Shown here piece by piece: positions 29,020 through 38,476 of a stretch of 46,871 bases of DNA. The first letter of the stretch is position 1. The number at the start of each line of letters is the position of its first letter. Position numbers and translations under genes: made by a program. The notes beneath the pieces are model-generated. The model searched no databases and was not told where the DNA came from. It saw only the letters and a list, made by a program, of their open reading frames with translations. Source of the DNA: Methanobrevibacter sp. (GTDB taxonomy: Archaea > Methanobacteriota > Methanobacteria > Methanobacteriales > Methanobacteriaceae); the NCBI RefSeq assembly GCF_045577275.1, contig NZ_JAZNIB010000252.1:1-46871 (forward strand). The letters run 5' to 3'.

Positions 29020-29529
29020 ATGTGTGAAGTAGATAAGAATAAAATTGAAATAATTGTAGCAGATTATGAAAACTTGCAAAATATAGATTTTGATTGTGGG
29101 GATGATGATTTAAATGAGTTTTTATTAGAAAATTCTTTTATTAATTTAAATAACAATTTAAGTGTAATATATTTATGTAAGTATTATGATGACATAATTG
29201 GGTACATAGCAATTTCATCAGATTCTATTTCCCTCGAAGAAAAATTAGAAGTGAGATATCCCTCATATCCAGCTATTAAAGTAGGTCGTTTGGCAATAGC
29301 TAAAAATTACCATAGAAAAGGAGTGGGTTCTTACTTATTACAGTGGGTAGATGGATTATGTTTAGAACTACAAGAGCAAATTGGTTTGAGGTTTGTGTCT
29401 GTAGATGCTTATAATGATGGGAAAGTTATAAAATTTTATAATAAAAATTCATTTAGGGCATTATTAAAAGATAATGAGGATAAAGAAAATATCCCTATGT
29501 ATAAAGATTTACATATTTATAACGAATAA
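29020..29529 (+). CDS. GNAT acetyltransferase, toxin-like
   Basis: FDCGDDDLNEFL, YPAIKVGRLAI..YHRKGVG, VDA..FY..F motifs of AtaT/TacT-like GNATs. Confidence 0.85.
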   Translation: MCEVDKNKIEIIVADYENLQNIDFDCGDDDLNEFLLENSFINLNNNLSVIYLCKYYDDIIGYIAISSDSISLEEKLEVRYPSYPAIKVGRLAIAKNYHRKGVGSYLLQWVDGLCLELQEQIGLRFVSVDAYNDGKVIKFYNKNSFRALLKDNEDKENIPMYKDLHIYNE

Positions 29530-29535
29530 CAATTT

Positions 29536-29685
29536 TTATTTTCTAATCCTATTTGATTTAAAAATTTTTGTCACATCTGATCTAGATGGGGCATTTCTTG
29601 CAATATAAGGTTTATTCAAATTTTTTATAAATCTTTTTGCATCCTCCCCTTTTAAAACAGGAGTTGCGTTAATTGGTTTTGCCAT
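29536..29685 (-). CDS. 49-aa putative antitoxin for the GNAT
   Basis: Manually translated MAKPINATPVLKGEDAKRFIKNLNKPYIARNAPSRSDVTKIFKSNRIRK; GGTGAT RBS. Confidence 0.7.
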   Translation of the reverse strand: MAKPINATPVLKGEDAKRFIKNLNKPYIARNAPSRSDVTKIFKSNRIRK

Positions 29686-29807
29686 ATTATCACCATGTCG
29701 TGTAAAATTTTCATAGTCTATAATTTTAATTTTATATATTAGTATATATAATTTATGGTTCCGTAGTATATAAAAGTTATTAATTGGTTTTAATAGTAAT
29801 TGGTTGA

Positions 29808-29840
29808 TTAAAAAAGGCCACTCACATAAGTGAAGTGACC
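29808..29840 (-). terminator. hairpin plus T-run after the candidate immunity gene
   Basis: Minus strand GGTCACTTCAC-TTAT-GTGAGTGGCC then TTTTTT. Confidence 0.55.
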
Positions 29841-29870
29841 AAAAATAAAAATAAAATGTAAAAATAGATT

Positions 29871-30104
29871 TTATAATTTAGATTCGTCAATAGGAATAGG
29901 ATTATTAGGAGTTCCAAAAAGATCTGGAAGCCCACCTACATCCATACAGTATTCTTTCCATTCATAATACTTTTCAGGATCTTCCTGCCATAACTCCTTG
30001 ATATAGGCTTTTTGTTCTTCAAGACTTTTTTCTTTTATGCGGCGAATTTTCGCCGTATTCCCCCAATCACCATAACCAGTATTTTCACGCCATGAATAAT
30101 TCAT
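29871..30104 (-). CDS. small protein downstream of MuF, candidate immunity protein
   Basis: ORF track 29871..30134; likely start 30104 (MNYSWRE) after a G-rich RBS; role inferred from position only. Confidence 0.55.
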   Translation of the reverse strand: MNYSWRENTGYGDWGNTAKIRRIKEKSLEEQKAYIKELWQEDPEKYYEWKEYCMDVGGLPDLFGTPNNPIPIDESKL

Positions 30105-30166
30105 AAAAACCCCCACATAAATATTCAATTTCATAAATAAAATTATATACTTATATTTTGTATGAT

Positions 30167-31768
30167 CTACTTAATAAATATTATCTTCATATCAAAATCA
30201 TTTAACACATCTTGATATTGTTCACAATATTTTTCTTTATCATTATCTACAAATTCACTAATTAATTTGTTATGTTCTGGATTATCCTCATCAAATTCCA
30301 TATTATTCTCTACTTCAAAATCATCAATCATATTGTCTCTGATTTTATCAATACCTTTTTTTAATATAGAATTTCCATTTTCGTCTTTAATTTCAAATGC
30401 TTTTTTATTTTTTTCAGTTTCTTTATTTTTAATAATTATTGTCCCATAATCATTTGTAATAACCCCATATTTGATTCCTAATGTAGTAAAATTTACAAAA
30501 TCATCAAATGAAGGGAAATTAGATGTTTTGAATGGATGATTATGAATTACAAATAGAAGTTCCCCATCTTTACCAGTTTCTTTAATCCATAATGGGAGAT
30601 TTACATTATCAGTTTCCCAATCTCCAAAGCCTAAAAAAGTATTATTAATAAATACACTCATAAATTCAAAAAATACATTAGGCAATTCTTCTCTAAAATG
30701 AGATACAAGATTTGCAATCCATTCATCCTCACCATCATCGACAAAGTCTTTAATTTGATTAATGAAATACTCTTTATCAATTTCAGTTAATTTTTTTTTG
30801 GATACTCTGTGTTCATTACCTTTTAATGATGAAGAGAATAATCCCCTTAATGGTACTCCATAGGAATTATTATCAAATAAATGAACAATAATCGGATTTT
30901 TTGGAGGCTCTCCTTTTGTTTTCCATATGCTTGTGTATGTGCATCTGCAATTGGGATGGAATGGAGGGAACATTCCTCCTTTAAGTAATTCGAGGATATT
31001 GTGTATTTTTTCTTCTCCATGGTTCTCAAAGATTACTGGAGTATCTTCGTTGAACTCAAAAGCATAAGTTAAGCAAGTGTAACAGACATTGCTATCTTCA
31101 GCGGTTAAGATTTTTACTTCTGTGTATCCCTCGTTGACATAAGATTGCAGTATCCCTGTATTCTGGGCACGGCTTACTTCAGTCCTTGCTATCATCACTG
31201 CACGTTGCATAGGAGAAAATGTAGATCCATCAAGTCGTGTACCTAATGTATCTCTTATTTTAGGTGCCAGATTCTTTGGATTTTGACCAGAAATAATTCC
31301 GGAAATAACATTATTTTTTATTTGATAACGTGTATCAAAATCTATCCGAGTCATTAGTCCAAAATTATAATCTCGAACAAAATCTAAAGCTAGTTTGTCT
31401 GTATCTGAGAATCGGATGTGTTCTCTCATATCTGCATAACCTTTAGCCTTGCCACGATTATAAACTTCTTGCAACAATGCTTCAACACTAGGATATTTGC
31501 TTTCTAGAATCTTATCCCATTCGTCTTCTAGGGATTGGAAGAGTTCATGCTGATACTGTGCCTCCTCTTTGAACATCTGTTCTGCTTCTTCACTTTCCAA
31601 CCAGTTAACCGCCTTATCTACTTGACTGTTGAGAAGGTTCATGATTGTGTTGTAGTATCTCAGAGTCCACTCATCATTGATGCTTTTAACACTAAACGCA
31701 TCCCACATATCCAATTCAGTAAGAAGGATATGATTAGTTTTGATTCTTTCTTCAGAAATCATATTCAT
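30167..31768 (-). CDS. MuF/SPP1 gp7-like minor head protein with C-terminal JAB/MPN-like domain (copy 1)
   Basis: Canonical position after portal; IARTE and PPFHPNCRC; C-terminal IHNHP..FPSFDD. Confidence 0.85.
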   Translation of the reverse strand: MNMISEERIKTNHILLTELDMWDAFSVKSINDEWTLRYYNTIMNLLNSQVDKAVNWLESEEAEQMFKEEAQYQHELFQSLEDEWDKILESKYPSVEALLQEVYNRGKAKGYADMREHIRFSDTDKLALDFVRDYNFGLMTRIDFDTRYQIKNNVISGIISGQNPKNLAPKIRDTLGTRLDGSTFSPMQRAVMIARTEVSRAQNTGILQSYVNEGYTEVKILTAEDSNVCYTCLTYAFEFNEDTPVIFENHGEEKIHNILELLKGGMFPPFHPNCRCTYTSIWKTKGEPPKNPIIVHLFDNNSYGVPLRGLFSSSLKGNEHRVSKKKLTEIDKEYFINQIKDFVDDGEDEWIANLVSHFREELPNVFFEFMSVFINNTFLGFGDWETDNVNLPLWIKETGKDGELLFVIHNHPFKTSNFPSFDDFVNFTTLGIKYGVITNDYGTIIIKNKETEKNKKAFEIKDENGNSILKKGIDKIRDNMIDDFEVENNMEFDEDNPEHNKLISEFVDNDKEKYCEQYQDVLNDFDMKIIFIK

Positions 31769-33059
31769 TACCTAATCTTTCCAGAGATAAAGCCTTCTTC
31801 AGCATTTTCACTTGTTCAGTCGGTTGAATCAAAGTAGAATCCTGAATGGCTTCAGGGCTTGCAGCAAGTGCAAACTGTGAGTAATTCATAGGGACATTAC
31901 CCCACTCAACAGGAGGCAAACCATAACCAGACCTTACCTCATTAATGAAAGTGGTACCATTACGCAACTGCTTGTCCTCTATATCCGCACGGTTCAATTT
32001 GTTCTCATGATCTTCACGGATAAACTCAAACAGTTCCTGGAAACCACTTCGGCCAAGGTTCTTATTGAAGGCATCTTCTATCACACGGCAGTCCCCATTG
32101 ATGACTTTGCCAAAGTTCTTGTCCTGAGACTCACCAGTCCCAGTACCAATATTGCCGGTCTCAATGATTCCCACCTTAGCCGGTGGAACACCAAACATTG
32201 TAATGATACGGTCACGAGCATACTGCAACAATGCCAAAAACTCCATATCCCTGTTACTGTTATTGGTGGCCTGATAATTGGCACCTTGAGTGACAATCAT
32301 TCCTTTTTTCTCTTTCTCTTTCTTTAACCTAGCAATATTACCTTTGACAATGTTTGAGGATACGTCCTTGTCAAAGTTCAATACTCCTCTTGGATCTAGA
32401 CCATGATTGGAGAAAATGTCCTTGTTATGGCCAAGACCTAATACTTCCAATGCTATGTCCATTGAAGCTGTATCGATAAGACTGGTTCCCCATTTGCTCC
32501 CACGGATAGTTATTTTCGGTTCGTAAATGTGTATGAGGTTTTCCGGCTCAAAGACATGTTCAGTGTTACGAAGGCGCCATGCTCCAAGTTCATAGTCATA
32601 GCCCATCAACTCGGTTGGTATGAAACGGAACCCATTAGGCACGTTTCCGAATAGTTTGTCATGGTTGACTTCTATGAATGCATCACCTGTAACCTTCCAG
32701 CTTGGCACTATCTGTTTGATGAATGATGAGAATGTGTCATCAGCATATTTTCCTCCAGGTGCATTGAAAAGGTCTGTCAGGTAATTCACTTTTTCAAAGT
32801 TGACCTGTTCCTTATTAGGATTATTGATTTGGTAACCTGTGCTTAGTATTTCATCACATATTACTCCACAACAGCGCCTTACCCATACGCAACTGTCATA
32901 GGCATCATAGTAGGTCCGTAGGTCTCCTATGTGTTTGTCTGGAGTGGTGAAACTCCACCCATATTCATTCATGAATACGTCTACCAAGCTGCTTCTTTCA
33001 GGTCTTCGTATTCCTGGCAAATGATTTTTTACTGTATCAATTAATCCCATAAGTATCAC
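31752..33059 (-). CDS. portal protein (HK97-like)
   Basis: GDAFIEV, FSNHGLDPRGVL, DMEFL, FGVPPAKVG, INEVR. Confidence 0.92.
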   Translation of the reverse strand: MILMGLIDTVKNHLPGIRRPERSSLVDVFMNEYGWSFTTPDKHIGDLRTYYDAYDSCVWVRRCCGVICDEILSTGYQINNPNKEQVNFEKVNYLTDLFNAPGGKYADDTFSSFIKQIVPSWKVTGDAFIEVNHDKLFGNVPNGFRFIPTELMGYDYELGAWRLRNTEHVFEPENLIHIYEPKITIRGSKWGTSLIDTASMDIALEVLGLGHNKDIFSNHGLDPRGVLNFDKDVSSNIVKGNIARLKKEKEKKGMIVTQGANYQATNNSNRDMEFLALLQYARDRIITMFGVPPAKVGIIETGNIGTGTGESQDKNFGKVINGDCRVIEDAFNKNLGRSGFQELFEFIREDHENKLNRADIEDKQLRNGTTFINEVRSGYGLPPVEWGNVPMNYSQFALAASPEAIQDSTLIQPTEQVKMLKKALSLERLGNEYDF

Positions 33060-34357
33060 ATGTCAATTATTTCTAAAATTATGCTGCCATTGTCTCTTGG
33101 GCCAAGTATTCCTCCACGCCACATGTCTGGGCAGTGATCATCTATCTTTAATGGTTTGTCTTCCCCACGCTGTTGGGCTTTCTTATCCCAACTGTAGGTT
33201 TGTGCTTGGCTTATGCTATGCTTGCAGCTTGTATGTATCTTGAATCGCCTATTCTTTATCAGGTCCTGTATTGTTGTAATGTCTTCGTAAGTGTTAGGTG
33301 CATAGGTTTCCACATTCATTAGTATTCGTGGGTCCTGTTCGCAAGCGCTCTTTAGGCTTGCTGCATCATGCGGTAAAAAAAGAGTATTGTTATTGGTTAG
33401 TTCATATTTGTCTTGCAGGTAGAGTATGTCTTCCACCCTTTGGCTGTCTGACTGGGTAACTCCCTGCTCTTCAGCATCATAATAAGTTTCCTCTAAGAGG
33501 TAGTAATTGTTTCCTAAGGTTTCGTTTTTCTGTATCCCCATAACCCCAAAGGTGGTTACAGTACTGACACCGTAGTCGCAGCAGATGTTCATTTCATGAA
33601 GTTCAGGCCTAGTGGTGAATGTGTTTTCGGATTCTACAAATTGGTCGTAGATGGCTCCTTCTGCAATGACCCACTGGCCAAGGATGTTTCTTTTGTAGAA
33701 CACGTCACTTTTCATATTGACTCTTTTGAGTTCCTCAACATATTTTCGGGGAAGGTTAGGGTTATCCTCGAGGAGGAATTTAAAAACTTTGACTGATCCA
33801 GAGTCTATCAAGTTTTTATTGCTGATATAATTTGTGTAAATGTAATGGTAGGGACTGTCTGGATTGGTGTTCCAGAACATTCTAGCTCCTTCATCACTGC
33901 AACGGCTTATTGCCATTTCCACTGCGGATTGAGGGCATCTTGATATCTCATCAGCATACCATCCTCCCACACTCATACCTGCAATGACATCCACAGCTTT
34001 CTCATCATTAAAGCCCATGCAGTAGCAGAGCTTGTCTCTGATTTCCAATTCCCCATCATGCTTACGGTATTCATAGGGGATATTGTCAGTGTTCATCATT
34101 TGGATTAATGGTTTTATCACATTTCTTCTTAATGATTGGCTGGTTTTACCGCTGATAAGGAATTCTGTTGAATTTGATTGCAATAGGAACAATAGCCATC
34201 TTGCATTGCATGCGATTGTTTTACCGGACCTTACGCTTCCATGGCATATGTTTATCCAGGATGTACTGTTTTCCAGGAATTTTATAGCTGTTGGTCCCCA
34301 TTTCCCATAATGGAAATAATTTTTATTCAACAGAGTACTCTTTTTTGCTTTTTTCAA
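33056..34357 (-). CDS. terL: terminase large subunit (PBSX-like)
   Basis: Walker A GSVRSGKT, Walker B WYADE, NTNP, CCDYG, DDHCPD nuclease motif. Confidence 0.95.
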   Translation of the reverse strand: MKKAKKSTLLNKNYFHYGKWGPTAIKFLENSTSWINICHGSVRSGKTIACNARWLLFLLQSNSTEFLISGKTSQSLRRNVIKPLIQMMNTDNIPYEYRKHDGELEIRDKLCYCMGFNDEKAVDVIAGMSVGGWYADEISRCPQSAVEMAISRCSDEGARMFWNTNPDSPYHYIYTNYISNKNLIDSGSVKVFKFLLEDNPNLPRKYVEELKRVNMKSDVFYKRNILGQWVIAEGAIYDQFVESENTFTTRPELHEMNICCDYGVSTVTTFGVMGIQKNETLGNNYYLLEETYYDAEEQGVTQSDSQRVEDILYLQDKYELTNNNTLFLPHDAASLKSACEQDPRILMNVETYAPNTYEDITTIQDLIKNRRFKIHTSCKHSISQAQTYSWDKKAQQRGEDKPLKIDDHCPDMWRGGILGPRDNGSIILEIIDM

Positions 34358-34919
34358 TTGACTCAGCCAACCCTATTAATCCGTTATTAATGTTAACTTC
34401 TACTGGTTCATCTTGCTTGAAATATTCATTATATAACTTATTTGCATCTAAAGATAATCTTGCAACATCTTTCGAGGTGACATTACTATCCGGGTCTTTC
34501 GCATCTTTACATGCTTCTTCAAATCTTTCTGGAAACTGGGCTGCAACACGGGCAACTCCTTCCATATTGATAGCAATCGTTTCAGCAACGGAATTTATTG
34601 TTTCTTCTGCAGTTTCTTTTTCATCTGCTTGACGTTGCACTTCTTTTTCTGTTTGAGCTTGAACTTTTTTATTCTTTTTGGGTTTTTTCTTTTTCTTTTT
34701 AGCTCTTTTATTAAGTTCGGCTTCAACACGATCTTCCATTCTGATATTTTTGGATTTGTACCGGTTCAATGCAGCGAATGATATCTTTTCGTTATATGTA
34801 TTTTCCAACCAAGCAGATACTTTTCTTCCACTTTCTCCCTCACTTAATCGTTTGACTATTTCATTAAAATGAGGACTTTCTTCTACTTTGTTTTTTCTTG
34901 CCAATGTTATCACCATCAA
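34323..34919 (-). CDS. terminase small subunit
   Basis: N-terminal HTH-like region and coiled coil; immediately upstream of terL. Confidence 0.7.
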   Translation of the reverse strand: MMVITLARKNKVEESPHFNEIVKRLSEGESGRKVSAWLENTYNEKISFAALNRYKSKNIRMEDRVEAELNKRAKKKKKKPKKNKKVQAQTEKEVQRQADEKETAEETINSVAETIAINMEGVARVAAQFPERFEEACKDAKDPDSNVTSKDVARLSLDANKLYNEYFKQDEPVEVNINNGLIGLAESIEKSKKEYSVE

Positions 34920-34933
34920 GTCATATTTTTTTA

Positions 34934-34991
34934 GTGAAACGTTTCAGAAAGTGAAACGAAACGAAACGTTTCAATGAAACAATTGAAACGA
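34934..34991. repeat. GAAAC repeat/palindrome cluster upstream of the small terminase
   Basis: gtGAAACGTTTCagaaagtGAAACGAAACGAAACGTTTCaatGAAACaattGAAACg. Confidence 0.75.
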
Positions 34992-35001
34992 AAAAAAATG
35001 T

Positions 35002-35334
35002 TTACATTAGTATGTTCACGATTACTCCTGCCACACTCACAACTATAGTAACAACTGTAAATATCATAGGCAGAATATATTTCAATGTCTTTATCCCTGC
35101 CCTTAACTCGGATATTTCATTTTCCAATTCTATCAGTTTGCGTGAATCCTGTTCACGCATCTTCAATGTATTCGATAGCTCCGTTACAGCTACCACCAGT
35201 TCATTAATATCTTTCTTTATTTCTTTATTGTCTTGAATTAGACTTTCAAATTTTTCATCCTGGTATCCTAGTTTTTGCTCTAGAGTAACTATTCTTGTTT
35301 CGTTTTCACATATCTCTTTGGCATGATTTGTCAA
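35002..35334 (-). CDS. coiled-coil protein with C-terminal membrane anchor
   Basis: Heptad pattern followed by ILPMIFTVVTIVVSVAGVIVNILM. Confidence 0.7.
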   Translation of the reverse strand: MTNHAKEICENETRIVTLEQKLGYQDEKFESLIQDNKEIKKDINELVVAVTELSNTLKMREQDSRKLIELENEISELRAGIKTLKYILPMIFTVVTIVVSVAGVIVNILM

Positions 35335-35437
35335 GGCATTGGCACACTCCTGTAATAAAAAAAAATAATAGTTTAGTATTTTTAATGTGAAAAAAGTATA
35401 AGGATGAAAAAAAGATCAGTTTTTTATTGAAAAGTAA

Positions 35438-35758
35438 AATGAGGATCAAGCCCAGGAAAAGAATGTTTAAAAAAAAAATAGTTTATTATTATTTTTTTCG
35501 GAAAGGGGGTGACATCACAATTAACTTTTTTTCCAGGCTTAATCTCTCATTTGTTTTTGCACATAGTGATATTATGTGGCAGTGAAAAAAATGGTAGTTT
35601 TTCATCGGATAGGATGGAATAACTGTCACAAGAAAAGAATTATAAATGAAAATTTAGAACACGACAAGAATTAACACCAAAAAATTACACCAAATAACTT
35701 TAAAAACAAGATAAAAATAGTTTTTTTCTTTCCCCATGACAGTTATTCCATATTATCC
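35438..35758 (-). ncRNA. putative structured RNA / late-operon leader
   Basis: Perfect 15-bp inverted repeat 35614-35628/35737-35751 extended by G-U pairs on the minus strand; second long stem 35438-35460/35529-35551. Confidence 0.45.
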
Positions 35759-36004
35759 AATATGTTTTTTACCTTCTTTTTTCACCTTCACTCTTTTGTT
35801 TATGTACATTAGTCTTTTGTTGCCGATTATGTATCCGTGGGGGTAATGGTCTACTGAAGGCACTCCCTGTATTACCAGGCCACATTTTCGGCAATAGGTT
35901 TCGTCTTCTTCAAAGCAGAGGTTGGTGCTTCCACACAATGTGCAAGATATTCTTATTTTTTTATTTTTAGGAGGATCATCTTGTTCTTCTTGTGTGGACC
36001 TCAT
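35753..36004 (-). CDS. TFIIB-type zinc ribbon protein
   Basis: CTLCGS...ETYCRKCGLVI. Confidence 0.75.
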   Translation of the reverse strand: MRSTQEEQDDPPKNKKIRISCTLCGSTNLCFEEDETYCRKCGLVIQGVPSVDHYPHGYIIGNKRLMYINKRVKVKKEGKKHIG

Positions 36005-36190
36005 AGGATTAGCACCATTATCAATGAAAGCTTTTGCATATTTCTTTTTGTAGAGAATTTTTTACATAGTTTTAATAGCTTTTGTCTTTTTGTTTGAAGA
36101 TTTGCGATAACATATGTATGTAATATCTTGTAGTACGAGATTACGTTATAATCTAGAGGGGCTATATGAAAGAAAATGGTAAAAATTTTT

Positions 36191-36541
36191 CTAATATATA
36201 GTTTCCTCTAACTTATGCTCTAACGATTTAGAAATGAAATTATACTCTAGGCCTAACCTCTTTTTTTCTGACTGGATGCTTCGGTATTCATCATGAAAAT
36301 TTTCTTTGCTATGGGAAGTTTGGCTTGTTCCTTTGCTTCCTAAGTCTGTGATGTTGCGACTGTTGGTATTGCCTATTTTATGTCGGTAATAGTATCTTGA
36401 TTGCCTTTTGGCAGCTAATTCTCTGTTTCGGTTTTCTTGACATTCTTTGCTGCAGCATACTTGCCTATTGCTTGTTTTCTCATATTCTTTTCCACACCAA
36501 GCGCATATGCATTTTTTACTCATAATAAATTCTCCACTCAT
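36191..36541 (-). CDS. zinc finger protein
   Basis: CAWCGKEY..RQVCCSKEC. Confidence 0.7.
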   Translation of the reverse strand: MSGEFIMSKKCICAWCGKEYEKTSNRQVCCSKECQENRNRELAAKRQSRYYYRHKIGNTNSRNITDLGSKGTSQTSHSKENFHDEYRSIQSEKKRLGLEYNFISKSLEHKLEETIY

Positions 36542-36861
36542 GTCTAATGCAATAAAAATTTTCCCATATTTTTATAATTGTTCAATATTTTTATATATTT
36601 ATTGAACAGTTTAAATCATATTTTTGGAAAATACATAGGTTTCATTTTTTCATGTTCAACATTTGCTATCTAAAGTTGAACAATTATCATAATTCTGTAT
36701 CTTCCTGTTCCAGTATGACAACCTCTCCAAGGAAAGGGATGCTTTTTACCTGGACATTATCAATGTCTTGGATGTTTCCATAACTGTCCAGGTAAAACAC
36801 TCTTATGTTTCCTTTGTGCTTTTCCTCAACCTTCAATAAAAGGTTAATGATGTTTTTCAGC

Positions 36862-37026
36862 TTAATGTTTTTTAGCCTCCCAGAATTGGCAAGTGGTCAA
36901 TCCGCCTTGTGCCTTTCTATGTTCAATGTAACGGCCAAGATAACAGTCTGTAATGTTATGATCCCATACTATGAAGTGTTTGCATTGGCTGCATACTCTT
37001 TTGACTATTATTGTTTCTTTCATCAT
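36862..37026 (-). CDS. 54-aa Cys-rich protein
   Basis: Manually translated MMKETIIVKRVCSQCKHF..DC..CQFWEAKKH; GAGGAGG upstream. Confidence 0.55.
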   Translation of the reverse strand: MMKETIIVKRVCSQCKHFIVWDHNITDCYLGRYIEHRKAQGGLTTCQFWEAKKH

Positions 37027-37029
37027 ATC

Positions 37030-37509
37030 TTATTCATCCTCCTCAACAATGACATTCTCATCCAACAGCTTGACTGTATTCCAATAGGCTCTTTCTAGAA
37101 GATTTGGGTCTTTAAGTTTCAGATATTCTGGGGTTATGTGGCCGGTGCGGCCTTTTCCTGCCATCACACAATCCACTATCATCTCAATCACATCTATAAG
37201 GTTTACATCCAATGGGCAATTGGCATTTAAATGGTGTCTTTCTTTAAAAATATGTTTCTGATACCATTCCTTATTGGTAAACTCTTCATTGGTATGTCTA
37301 CTTAGGACGTTTTCTGCATATTCATCAAAGTGGATTATTTTAGTATAGTCATGCAGATTGCCTCTTCTCTGAATGGATCCGCTGATAAATTCCATGCCTT
37401 TTTCAACATCATGGATATGTTGGACTGTATCGTCTTTTAAGGTTTCATAACTTAGGTTTTCATCTGCTGTTCTGCTGTCAGCATTCTTGGTTCTTCTAAT
37501 AGTGATCAT
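37030..37509 (-). CDS. DUF5662-like (HD-like) protein
   Basis: HDYTK, H..ERHHLN, VNLIDVIEMIVDC. Confidence 0.65.
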   Translation of the reverse strand: MITIRRTKNADSRTADENLSYETLKDDTVQHIHDVEKGMEFISGSIQRRGNLHDYTKIIHFDEYAENVLSRHTNEEFTNKEWYQKHIFKERHHLNANCPLDVNLIDVIEMIVDCVMAGKGRTGHITPEYLKLKDPNLLERAYWNTVKLLDENVIVEEDE

Positions 37510-37796
37510 AGTAGTAACTCCAGGTTTTCCAGTTCTATCTTATATGTTTCCTTCAGGTTTCCCAATTGCACTAGTTTTTGGAAAGTTGATTCCCTTAGGC
37601 AGCTAAATGTGGGTTTGCATTCATTTTGAAGTTGCTCATCTATAGCAAGTATGCTCATTTTCAAGGAATAAATCCTATTGTGTAATTTATTCATTTCAAC
37701 ATCTTCAGATTCTACAACTTCGATGTTTTCCTTTAAGTTAGTGACCTCACTTTTCAATAATTTAAAGTTGCTCATCATCATCCCCCAAATCCTCAT
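37506..37796 (-). CDS. hypothetical coiled-coil protein
   Basis: In-operon ORF with overlapping start/stop. Confidence 0.5.
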   Translation of the reverse strand: MRIWGMMMSNFKLLKSEVTNLKENIEVVESEDVEMNKLHNRIYSLKMSILAIDEQLQNECKPTFSCLRESTFQKLVQLGNLKETYKIELENLELLL

Positions 37797-37980
37797 ATAT
37801 TAGACCCATTGAACATCGGCAATTAACATGGTCTGGAACATTCCAAGAATATAATTCCTTTTCCTTTTCTTTTATTTTCTCATGTGTATTCCAGCATTCC
37901 TGTAAAAACCATCCTAACATTGCCCCTGCTACAAAAACACATATCATTAATATGGTTATTTCATAAGCTGCTTCAAGCAT
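37762..37980 (-). CDS. small membrane protein
   Basis: N-terminal hydrophobic helix; GGAGGAG RBS. Confidence 0.55.
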   Translation of the reverse strand: MLEAAYEITILMICVFVAGAMLGWFLQECWNTHEKIKEKEKELYSWNVPDHVNCRCSMGLIYEDLGDDDEQL

Positions 37981-38089
37981 GATTTCTCCTCCTTGCGTAA
38001 AATCTTCAAAACATTCAAATCAGGCCTTGGCTTCATTTCCTCCGCACTGATTTGAGTCCTTAATACCCTCAATTTTTCGTTCAGCTGAT

Positions 38090-38446
38090 TCATTCTTCTG
38101 ACTCCATACTCTCTTTAGGCATGAATCTGAACTTTATGTAATACAATAAAGTTGACTCTTCCAAATCATCATAAATGTTATACAATGCTTCCTTCAGCAG
38201 GTCTTCATGCAAATAGCCTTCAGTTCCTGCAATTTCCTTATCAATTTCATCAAAACGTATATACTGTATGCTTCTGATTTTAATATAACCAAATAATTCC
38301 CTGCCACTGACTAAAGGGTTACCCTCAGTTTCATAAGCTGGAATTTCATCTCCCACCTTTCCGTCAAAGTGACGTCTTATAGTGCTTGTCTTTATGTGTT
38401 CCTTAATAGGCTCCACATATTCCCCATAAAATTTCAATTTTTTCAT
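38090..38446 (-). CDS. ASCH domain protein
   Basis: LKFYGEYVEPI...KTSTIR..GD...A.TEG. Confidence 0.8.
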   Translation of the reverse strand: MKKLKFYGEYVEPIKEHIKTSTIRRHFDGKVGDEIPAYETEGNPLVSGRELFGYIKIRSIQYIRFDEIDKEIAGTEGYLHEDLLKEALYNIYDDLEESTLLYYIKFRFMPKESMESEE

Positions 38447-38476
38447 TTTCAGATCACTTCTCCTACAACACTTTTT

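Noticed and set aside
36688-36860. ORF-like stretch LKNIINLLLKVEE...EQEDTEL
   Set aside because: No clear start codon or RBS; possibly a gene remnant, not supportable as a CDS.
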